In this document: positions 44,565 to 53,382 of the stretch, piece after piece
How positions within the stretch are numbered: the stretch's first letter is position 1
Layout of the letters: each line of letters opens with the position of its first letter
Notes under the pieces: model-generated
Told to the model about the DNA's origin: nothing
What the model saw: the letters and a program-made list of their open reading frames with translations, nothing else
Databases searched by the model: none
Made by a program: the position numbers and the translations under genes
NCBI GenBank assembly: GCA_002269645.1
Contig: NIVC01000299.1
Location: 62,001-126,000, forward strand
Direction of reading: 5' to 3'
Length of the DNA stretch: 64,000 bases
DNA from: Macrostomum lignano
Taxonomy: Eukaryota

Positions 44565-47363
44565 TCATCGTCTCCGCTTTTTATTCGGCGGCGGGCGATG
44601 CGAGCCGGCAGACGACACGGCAGCAGAAGTCGCCGACAACAGCGGCGACAGAGGCAGGCCTGCCTCGGCCCGGGCCATCAGCTCGGCCCGGTTGGTCACC
44701 CGGTGCACCGGGGCGCCGCGGCACTTCGGGCACAGCCAGTCCTCGTCCTCTGGCGGCGGCTGGGCAAAGCCGAGACACACGGCGTGGTACCAGTCGTCGC
44801 AGCGGGAGCACCCGATCATCAGGCTGCCGTCGTCCTCCTCCGAGCAGGCCGGGCACAGCCAGATCTGGTTGCCCTGATCGTCGAAGTAGTACGAGGCCTC
44901 GTGCTGCACCCTGGTGAGGCTGGCCGCGTCCGCCGCCGACTGTCGGGCGCTGGCAGTTTTCGGCCGGCTGCGACCGGCGCGCGACCGACCGGAATTGAAT
45001 TTCGTCGGCGGCACGGCGGTTTCCGTCAGCGGCCCGTCGAAGGTCGAGAAGACTGCGGGAGCGGCTGCTATCGATTCCGCCGACAGCACGGGCATCGCCG
45101 GGCTCAGCGGAGGCGGCGGCGACTTCAGGCCCCCCGGCAGGGACGAATCCGCGTCCACAACGCGAACTCCGCCAATGCTGATCTTCAGCTTCAACGACTG
45201 GGTGGACACCGGCGGAGGCGGCGGTGGCGGCGGCGACATCGGCAGCGGAGGCGAGACGGCGGCGGGGGTGGGGGCGGGGGCGGCCTCCACGGCGGCGGAG
45301 AAGGCGCCGCCCAGCCGGATGGTGAGCTTCGGCACCGCCACGGGGCTGTGCGGCGGCGGCGGCGGCGGCGCCGGGGTTTTCGACGGCGACCGGTGCCGAT
45401 GCTTCTTGCCGGACTTCGAGGACAGCTTGGTCGGCGAGACTGCGGCGGAGGCGGTGGTGGCGTCCTGCGCATCCGCGAACGGCTCGTCCACGGCGTTGTC
45501 ATCGAATTCGAAGCCTCCCAGATTGTCAGCGGGGGAGACCTCGGCTTCGGGGGCCTCCTCGTGCTCGCCTTTGCCATCCACGTCGGCAGGTGGCGACACC
45601 GCGTCGTCGGCTTCGATTTTCGAATCTGACCGCGGCGGCGAGTCGAACAGGAAATGCCGAACTGCTGAAGGTGAGTCCAGCGGCTCCTCCTGCGGCGGCG
45701 GGGGCTGCTGCGGAAGCTTCAGCTTGACGCGTAGCGGAGGGGAAATGGCAGCCGCGGCGGCGGCAGACGGCGTCAGAGAAGGCGGCGGCGTTGGGGACCG
45801 CCGATGGCCGCTGTCGTCCGGGTTAACGGCGGGCAGGGTGTCAGTGGAGTCGGGGCTGCCCCCGCCGGTCCTACCGACAGAAACGGAGAAGTTCGAATCC
45901 GTGGCGTCGCCGCCGATGAAGGCGAAGCGATCATGCGGGGACGGCTGGCCCGGGGCGTCAGCGACCGGAGCCGACGGGGCTGGCGGCGACGGAGCGGCGG
46001 CAGCGGGCGGCGGCGGCGACTTGGCGGAGGCCGCCCTGGAGATCGCCGCCTGCTTCCGCCTGCCGCGAGCAGCCGACGGTTTCCTTGATACGGCAGCCGG
46101 TGCGGCAGCGGCTGCCGGGGGCTCCGGCCTGGGCTCGGCCACCGCCGCCGCTGCCGACTTTTTGCCGCTGAGAACAAAATCGAAAATGTCTCGTTCCTTG
46201 TCGGAGTCGACGTCGACCTGGTCCAGATTGTCCAAGATCTCGTCAAGATTGTTGGCGAAGCGGCTCTGCGCTGCGGCGGCCGCGGCCAGCGCGCCAGCAG
46301 CCGACTCGCCACCGTCCTCGCCGCCGCTGCCACCGCCGAGAGGGTCGCGCCGGCTGATGACGACGCCGCGGTCTGCCGAATCGTTGCTGTCGCCGCTCCC
46401 GCCGCCGCCGCTGATGTCGCTGGCAGCCGTCGCTGACTGAGCCGTAGCCGCGTTGGCTGTCAGGTTGTCCAAGGAGTCGCCTCCAAGGCCCACGGAGTCG
46501 GTGCCGAGGTCGCCGCGGCGCAGAACCCCGCTGGCGGCGCCAACGCCGCTGGCACCAGGGCCGGTGCCGACGTCGGGCTCCGAGTCGGATCCGCTGTTCA
46601 GCCAGTCGTGGCCGAGCGGCTCGGCCGTCCGCCGCCTGTCCGGATGCGGGCGCGGCCGGCTGCGGAAAGTCTCCGGCGGTGGCCGGGAGCTCGGCGCCAC
46701 GCCAGACTGGCGCGAGTTCAGCGGAACAACCCGGCCGTCGGTTGTCATGGCAGCGGTGCGCATAGCGAATCGGGAAGGAGCCACCCGGTTGCCATAGCAA
46801 TCTCGCGGCTGCTGCAGCAGCTTCTGCGGGCTGGCGGCCTGAGAAGACACGCTGACCGACTTGCCGCCGTCGGTGACATTCAGCTCATCCACGTCGTCCA
46901 CGGCCAGCGTGTCGGCGGCCGACTCGGACGCTTCGACATCCTCGGCGTCGGCCCGGCGGCGCGGAGGCAGGTGGTCGGGCAGGTGCTCCGGTCGGTCGCC
47001 AGCCTCGGACTCGGCTTTGAGCTCGGCCTCGCTCGGCCAGTTGAGCTCGTCCGGCCGGCGCACCGGACAGGCCGGGAAGGCGCGCGGAAATGGCGCTAAT
47101 TTGGCGCAAGCCGTCAAATATTCGCGCGCGTCCGGCTCGTCCAGGCCGGCCTCGGACAGGGCACGCAAAATGTCGGCCAGTTGAGGCGACTGGAGGCGGC
47201 GCAGCTCGCACAGGTCGGCCACGGAGCCGCACAGGCGGAGGAGGTACAAATGAAGGGCATCGGTCAGGGCGTGCACGCAGTCGGCGTCGGCTGAATGCCA
47301 GCCGTGGCCGAGGCAGAGGCGGGCCACCGCAATGCGCAGGCTGGACTGCACCAGCTGCTCCAT
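44565..47363 (-). CDS. TAF3: TFIID subunit 3, intronless, 932 aa
   Basis: N-terminal bromodomain-associated histone fold (LRIAVARLCLGHGWHS..CVHALTDAL..), long Pro/Ala/Ser-rich linker, C-terminal PHD finger preceded by the TAF3-typical YYFDDQGNQIWLCPAC..MIGCSRCDDWYHAVC..WLCPKC. Confidence 0.92.
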   Translation of the reverse strand: MEQLVQSSLRIAVARLCLGHGWHSADADCVHALTDALHLYLLRLCGSVADLCELRRLQSPQLADILRALSEAGLDEPDAREYLTACAKLAPFPRAFPACPVRRPDELNWPSEAELKAESEAGDRPEHLPDHLPPRRRADAEDVEASESAADTLAVDDVDELNVTDGGKSVSVSSQAASPQKLLQQPRDCYGNRVAPSRFAMRTAAMTTDGRVVPLNSRQSGVAPSSRPPPETFRSRPRPHPDRRRTAEPLGHDWLNSGSDSEPDVGTGPGASGVGAASGVLRRGDLGTDSVGLGGDSLDNLTANAATAQSATAASDISGGGGSGDSNDSADRGVVISRRDPLGGGSGGEDGGESAAGALAAAAAAQSRFANNLDEILDNLDQVDVDSDKERDIFDFVLSGKKSAAAAVAEPRPEPPAAAAAPAAVSRKPSAARGRRKQAAISRAASAKSPPPPAAAAPSPPAPSAPVADAPGQPSPHDRFAFIGGDATDSNFSVSVGRTGGGSPDSTDTLPAVNPDDSGHRRSPTPPPSLTPSAAAAAAISPPLRVKLKLPQQPPPPQEEPLDSPSAVRHFLFDSPPRSDSKIEADDAVSPPADVDGKGEHEEAPEAEVSPADNLGGFEFDDNAVDEPFADAQDATTASAAVSPTKLSSKSGKKHRHRSPSKTPAPPPPPPHSPVAVPKLTIRLGGAFSAAVEAAPAPTPAAVSPPLPMSPPPPPPPPVSTQSLKLKISIGGVRVVDADSSLPGGLKSPPPPLSPAMPVLSAESIAAAPAVFSTFDGPLTETAVPPTKFNSGRSRAGRSRPKTASARQSAADAASLTRVQHEASYYFDDQGNQIWLCPACSEEDDGSLMIGCSRCDDWYHAVCLGFAQPPPEDEDWLCPKCRGAPVHRVTNRAELMARAEAGLPLSPLLSATSAAVSSAGSHRPPPNKKRRR

Positions 47364-47494
47364 GGCTGCTCACAGGCTCTCACTCGGCTGTGCCAGTCCT
47401 GGGCTGGGGTTCGGGTCGCTCCGCAGCAAAGCAATGAGTGTGGCTCTCAATGTGTTCTGCTCAAACTGTAACGAATCGATTAGCTAAGATGTTG

Positions 47495-47765
47495 AACTGG
47501 CGCCCCCGACAGCCTACAAATATAACAAGTGGCGCCCCCGACAGCCTACAAATATAACAAGTGGCGCCCCCGACAGCCTACAAATATAACAAGTGGCGCC
47601 CCCGACAGCCTACAAATATAACAAGTGGCGCTCCCGACAGCCTACAAATATAACAAGTGGCGTCCCCCTACAGCCTACAAATATAACAGGTGGCGCCACC
47701 AACAGCCTACAAATATAACAAGTGGCGCCCCCGACAGCCTACAAATATAACAAGTGGCGCCCCCC
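47495..47765. repeat. 32-bp minisatellite upstream of TAF3
   Basis: Unit caagtggcgcccccgacagcctacaaatataa; period 32 (47521 vs 47553). Confidence 0.92.
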
Positions 47766-48007
47766 AACCAGATAGGAATAGAACATTAAAATATCCAACC
47801 TCGCAAGGTATTCTCATGGACTCCCACATTCGGCTCTGCCTAGCAACTGTCCAGCAAGTAGCGGTCAGAAATGACTGATGAACCGCAGAGAGGCTGAGTT
47901 CCGGAGTTGGCTTGAGCTTCTTTTGAATCCTAATCAGCCCCCGCCAAGCCTATTATAATTAGCAGCGGCGTCGCATCGGGAGCTACAAACCGGTCCGCCT
48001 GGCCGCA

Positions 48008-48325
48008 ATGTCGGGGAGAATCCGGCCAAAGCAGCAAAGCCAGCCAACCGATGAGAAATCCGCGCGCTCCACTCGGATTATCACAAGGACGCCGAGAGCG
48101 GAGGGACTTCACGAAATATGCGAAGTCGGACTTGTGCAAGCGGATGATGAGAACTCAATTCCCTTCATCAAGTTGTCAGCAGCAGACCAGAAATTTGCTC
48201 AGGAAATGCACAGTCATGCCAGATTTAATATAATGAACCCGGGAGAAGTGGATGAGCAGGGCGCAATAAACTGTAACCTCTCTCCACTCTTCCCTGTAAC
48301 CATCTGGGATGTTGAAGAGAAGTAA
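48008..48325 (+). CDS. Unassigned 105-aa ORF divergent from TAF3
   Basis: ATG start in gcaATGT context, non-repetitive protein-like composition, AT-rich sequence after the stop. No family recognised. Confidence 0.35.
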   Translation: MSGRIRPKQQSQPTDEKSARSTRIITRTPRAEGLHEICEVGLVQADDENSIPFIKLSAADQKFAQEMHSHARFNIMNPGEVDEQGAINCNLSPLFPVTIWDVEEK

Positions 48326-49783
48326 TTTTATTCGCTATCCAAAATGACCACTTGTTAAAAGTGCATCGGGAATAATAAATGTACATTTGGTACTTTTTTA
48401 TCGCTAGTGACGTTGCATTTTGTTTAATCACCGAAGCCAGGATGGGGAGTCTCACTAAGAATTTCCCAAACAGTATAAATTAGACCCTGAAATAAATCAT
48501 TATGCTTTGGCTGACGGCTAAGTTATGAATTATTGATCATTAATAAAGCCGAAGAGAGCCAACATGAACTTTCGGATTGGAGCAGCTTCCCTTCTGGGCT
48601 CAGGGCTAGCCGAGATGAACAGCTGAACTTGTGCATTTGAAACAATTCAATTCCCTGAGCAGCCTCAACTCCAGGTATCAAATCGAAGATGTCCTTGCAA
48701 AGATGTCCTTGCGCCAGCCGATCCAAGCAATAAAACAATTATTTTGCATAAACTGCACCTTGCCTCCCCTCAATCCCGCCCAGCATCACCGGCAAAAATG
48801 AGCTTCATCAACTAAAAAAACCAGTCTCAACCAGACCGCGCACACGACACGACCATCGATTTACGACCCCAACCATTAGAGCACAAAAAGAAGAAACTGA
48901 TGACAGACAGAGCAGAGGGAGACGGCAGAGCAAGGGAAACCGAATCCCTAACAAATTGACCGGCCATAAAGCAGCTCAGAACTGGCGAGAACAACACCGG
49001 GGCGTGCAAATTATCTCAAGATAAGAGCGAGAATTTCACACTCGTGCAGACTTGATCGATCGAGCTGTCATCTGCCCCTATCCGGGGAAGTGGCTGAGTG
49101 TAAAACAAGAAATAGGCTGAGCAGCCCCTTCTCTCCCCCCTCTATATCCGCATCGGAATATCGCCACTTAGAACTTGCCAGGTCAGTAAAGCTTGGCAAA
49201 TGTGTTCTGCAAGTTAAAATATGCGTTAAAAACAGACCATTCTACGCTGTATATGCTCCTCCCTCAACCCCCTCCCCCGGGGGGACTCTAGTCGAAATTT
49301 TATTCGATAAAGCAGAAATTCGCGATTTATTTTTATATTATTTTTAATTACAATTTGTGTCAAAAAATCTACTACTATTGCACAGATATATCTGCGAATT
49401 CACAGGGGGGGGGCTAGAAAAGTACTGACTGCGAGAGCAAGCGAGAAGGGGAAGAGAAAGAGGGGAAGAGGAAAGAGGGCAAGGGGAACAGAAGGCCACG
49501 GAGTGTTAAACACAGAAACGTGGTAAGGTGTTAAGCAGTTAGTGCCGCGAGTTTCCCTTTCCAAGTGATAGATTTATGCAGAGCTCCATGCGGTGAGGGG
49601 CAGATGGCAGCGCAGGGGTAGAGGGAGCACAGGAAACAGTGGAGTCGAGAGTGGACCTGAGTGGGCACAGGAAGGTCGGCCAACCCCCCAGCTAACGCCC
49701 TGCCTGTTTTACATATAAAAAACCGATTTACACAGCCACACACACAGAGAACCCCCTCTCTAATCCAAATCCCTCCCAAAGCC

Positions 49784-50242
49784 ATGAAGTCCTCCAAGTC
49801 CAACATCGAGATCCGCCTGACGCTGGTCCGCAAGGTGCTGGTGGCGGTGGATGGCAGCGAGCACTCGGACAGAGCCCTGGCCTGGTACGCCGCCAACATC
49901 AACAGCCACGATGACGAGCTGCTGCTGGTGCACGTCAGGGAGGCCGGCGAGTCGGAGAAGCGCGTGGCCGAGCTGGCGGACAGCATCTCGGACAGGTGCG
50001 CCCAGCTGAAGATCCGGGCGGCAACAAGATTTGTAGACAAGCCGCTGAGGAGCAACTCAAGCGCCGGGTCGGTGCTGACCGAGGCCGCCAAGGAGATGAA
50101 CGCCTCGCTGGTCATCATCGGCAGCCGCGGCCTCGGCGCCATCAAGAGGACCTTCCTGGGCAGCGTGTCCGACTTTGTGCTGCACCATGCGCACCGGCCC
50201 GTGCTGGTCATCCCGCCCTGCCAGCCAGTGGACACCGTGTGA
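49784..50242 (+). CDS. Universal stress protein (UspA domain), intronless, 152 aa
   Basis: KVLVAVDGSEHSDRALAW, LLLVHV, ATP-binding-type motif IIGSRGLGAIKRTFLGSVSDFVLHHAHRPVLVIP; gccATG start. Confidence 0.92.
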   Translation: MKSSKSNIEIRLTLVRKVLVAVDGSEHSDRALAWYAANINSHDDELLLVHVREAGESEKRVAELADSISDRCAQLKIRAATRFVDKPLRSNSSAGSVLTEAAKEMNASLVIIGSRGLGAIKRTFLGSVSDFVLHHAHRPVLVIPPCQPVDTV

Positions 50243-50334
50243 TCAGCGCGGCCGATCCTCATGCCAGATTCTTTAACGCCATTTTTTTAGATTCTAGAGC
50301 TGATTCGCTCGGGCGATTCTTCAAAGCGATTTCT

Positions 50335-50735
50335 CAGATGATTCCCAAAGGCGATTCCTAAAGGTGATTCCCAAGGGCGATTCCCAAGGGCGATTCGCAA
50401 GGGCGATTCCTAAAGGTGATTCCCAAGGGCGATTCCTAAAGGAGATTCCTAAAGGAGATTCCCAAGGGCGATTCCTAAAGGGGATTCCTAAAGGAGATTC
50501 CTAAAGGAGATTCCCAAGGGCGATTCCTAAAGGAGATTCCTAAAGGTGAATAGCAAGGGCGATTCCTAGAGGAGATTCCTAAGGGCGATTCCTAAAGGTG
50601 ATTCCCAAGGGCGATTCCTAAAGGTGATTCCTAAGGACGATTTCTAAAGGATATTCCTTAGGGCGATTCCTAAAGAAGATTCCAAAGAGCGATTCCTAAA
50701 GGTGATTCTCAAGGGCGATTCCTAAAGGTGATTTC
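50335..50735. repeat. 13-bp minisatellite 3' of the USP gene
   Basis: Units gattcctaaagga and gattcccaagggc. Confidence 0.9.
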
Positions 50736-51734
50736 GAAGCTATATAATATCTTTACGATAATTTTCAGATTTTAAAGAGCAATTCTTAAATCCCATTATC
50801 CGAAGGCAATTGTAAAATTAGGCTTGAAATTCTGACCCACAGTTGTACAATAGAGTGACTGGCAGTACCAATGCAAATGATTGCTAATTGATTGTTGAGT
50901 TTAATTTTTACAAGAAAATTGACTGATTGACACTTTTTGCAGACAGCTTGCTAATGTCCTCATAACAACTTGTTAGTGTTATGTAATTCACATTCTTTTG
51001 CTTTCGCACCAGAATACAACCAGAGTCCCATTGTAAGTTGAGCCCGAGCATTGCCCGGGTCTGCCCTAACGGGGTTCTCTAGGCTAGGAGAGCCGGATCA
51101 GTCACCGACATGTATCGAAAATAGTTTAGCAAGTGGGGGGGGGCGCCCCGACCTAAAATATGCCTCTTTATTGCTCGAGACGCAGGTGTCACAGCTGCTT
51201 AGTGAATAATATTATAAATCACGCATAAAAACACCTGTCATCATATTGCATTCCAGCTCATTGCTGCAGACAAATATATTGTACATGCTTTCTAATTTTT
51301 AAATGTGTCTGTTTCCCTTAAGTCCTCTGTAGCATTCCTAGATAAAGAAATATATATATAAATAAAAAGTGCGAAAACGCGTTAATAAAAACTACAATGA
51401 AAATGCATTAAAATTAACCTTGTTTATTTATGTACAGATGACAATCATTAGCTTGCAGTACAAACAAACTGCATCTATTTAAGTTCTGAAAGAGAGCTGA
51501 AAGTTCTCAAAGTTTCCAATCCAAATCCTATTATACATGTACTTCAAGGACTTGACCAAGGACTACTAAAACATTGAACAATCAAAGTCTGAAATAGTTA
51601 TTATATCCAAGAGGCCTGGTAGTCCTTAGACTCATCGTTCTGGATTAAGTATAATAGAATCTGGATTGGAGACTCACACTATCATAAAACTATACGCTCG
51701 CCAAGGACTACTAAACCATAGCCAAGCAAAACTT

Positions 51735-52286
51735 CTACTTCTTCTTCTTCTCTTCCGGCTCGTCCGCCCAGCCAGCGCCCGGGTATTCCTCGAACTCGCG
51801 CCCGTACGAGGGGAAGGCGGATGCGCTGTGCATCCCCTCCGGCTTGGCGTCCTCCGCTGGCGGCTGCACCTCCCCGGCGCGGAGTCGCTCTTGGCGCCGA
51901 GTTCGATCGCGCGCCGCAATCTCGGCGCCGCGGACAGATTTCAGCTCGGCTAGGCGCGCGTTGGCGGCCACCTCGGCCGCGGTGGGCGGGTCCGGCCGGC
52001 GGTGCCGCAGCCAGGACTCCCACTCGGGCGGCAGGCTCGGCGCCCCCGAGCTGTTCGGGTCGTCGTCCCGCTTCTGGCCGGGCGCCCACACGATCCGTCG
52101 GGGCCGCCGCTCCGGCCCGAGAGACTCCTCGAAGTAGCGGTTGCCGGCCGGGTCCGAGCCGACCTCCGTCCGCCTGCTGCCGCCGAATATCCGGGACAGC
52201 AGCGACAGCGGCTGCTGGCGGCACCGGGGCAGCGGCGACTGGCTTAGCAACTGCTGGAGCAGCAGCCTCCGGGATGCTGGCAGCAT
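51735..52286 (-). CDS. NDUFAF2: Complex I assembly factor NDUFAF2 (NDUFA12 family, mimitin-like), 183 aa
   Basis: Arg/Leu-rich targeting-like N-terminus, VGSDPAGNRYFE, RPRRIV, LPPEWESWLRHRRPDPPT..E, C-terminal FPSYGREFEEYPG. Confidence 0.85.
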   Translation of the reverse strand: MLPASRRLLLQQLLSQSPLPRCRQQPLSLLSRIFGGSRRTEVGSDPAGNRYFEESLGPERRPRRIVWAPGQKRDDDPNSSGAPSLPPEWESWLRHRRPDPPTAAEVAANARLAELKSVRGAEIAARDRTRRQERLRAGEVQPPAEDAKPEGMHSASAFPSYGREFEEYPGAGWADEPEEKKKK

Positions 52287-52329
52287 GGCTGGAATCTGCA
52301 GTGCCAGGGAGCGATGATGAGAACACCTG

Positions 52330-52537
52330 CTTGTCTGCCTGCCTGTCTGTCTGCCAGTCTGCCTGCCTGTCTGTCTGCCAGTCTGCCTGCCAGTCTGCCT
52401 GCCTGTCTGCCTGCAAGTCTGCCTGCCAGTCTGTCTGTGTCTGTCTGTCTGTCTGCCTGTCTGTCTGTCTGCCTGCAAGTCTGTCTGTCTGTCTGCTAGC
52501 CTGTCTGTCTGTCTGTCTGCCTGTCTGTCTGCTAGCC

Positions 52538-52582
<45 letters not shown>

Positions 52583-52601
52583 GCCTGTCTGTCTGCTAGC
52601 C

Positions 52602-52642
<41 letters not shown>

Positions 52643-52655
52643 GCCTGTCTGTCAG
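52330..52655. repeat. (CTGT/CTGC)n microsatellite immediately upstream of NDUFAF2
   Basis: Tetranucleotide compound run. Confidence 0.92.
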
Positions 52656-53124
52656 TTTTGCCTGCATGCCTCTGGCTTCCAGAGGCTTCTCAAGTTATTA
52701 ATGAATTCAAAAAGGCATAAATTATCACAAAGCAAGACTCTTCACTAACACTTGCTGGTCAGAAAGCATTGAATTTGTATTGACAGATTCCATTTTCGCG
52801 TCGACACTATCATATTTTAGCTAACAAGAGCGCGCAAAAAGGCAGACACAAGAAATGGAAGGAGAGAATGCAAAATCGAGGAGACAAAACGCACAACAGG
52901 AGAGCAGAGCATTATCGCTAATCAGTTAAAATTATCCAACGAAAAAATGCAAGAGAAAACCCATGGTTTTTAGCAACAAACCATGCTAACTGTTATTCAA
53001 GAAAATTAAACTAAATAAAACTCCCTGTTTATGGCTGAAACCCATCATCATATGGACTTCCAGACTGCAGCTTCACTGACATAGACTAGAAAACTTCGTA
53101 GTGGCTGCACCCTTCACTATAAAA

Positions 53125-53340
53125 TAGGAGGCCTCTGATTGGCTGCAGCGCCCAAATATAAAATTGGAGGCTTCTGATTGGCTGCAGCGCCCAAATATAA
53201 AATTGGAGGCCTCTGGCTGCAGCGCCCAAATATAAAATTGGAGGCCTCTGATTGGCTGCAGCGCCCAAATATAAAATTGGAGGCCTGTCATTGGCCGCAG
53301 CCTCTAAAATAAAATAGGAGGCCTCTGACTGGCTGCAGTC
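53125..53340. repeat. 39-bp minisatellite, ~5-6 copies, 3' of NOL10
   Basis: Unit ggaggcctctgattggctgcagcgcccaaatataaaatt; period 39 (53161 vs 53200). Confidence 0.88.
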
Positions 53341-53382
53341 AGTCCAACACAGACACGAACGGACCAATCAGAGAGCCAGTCG

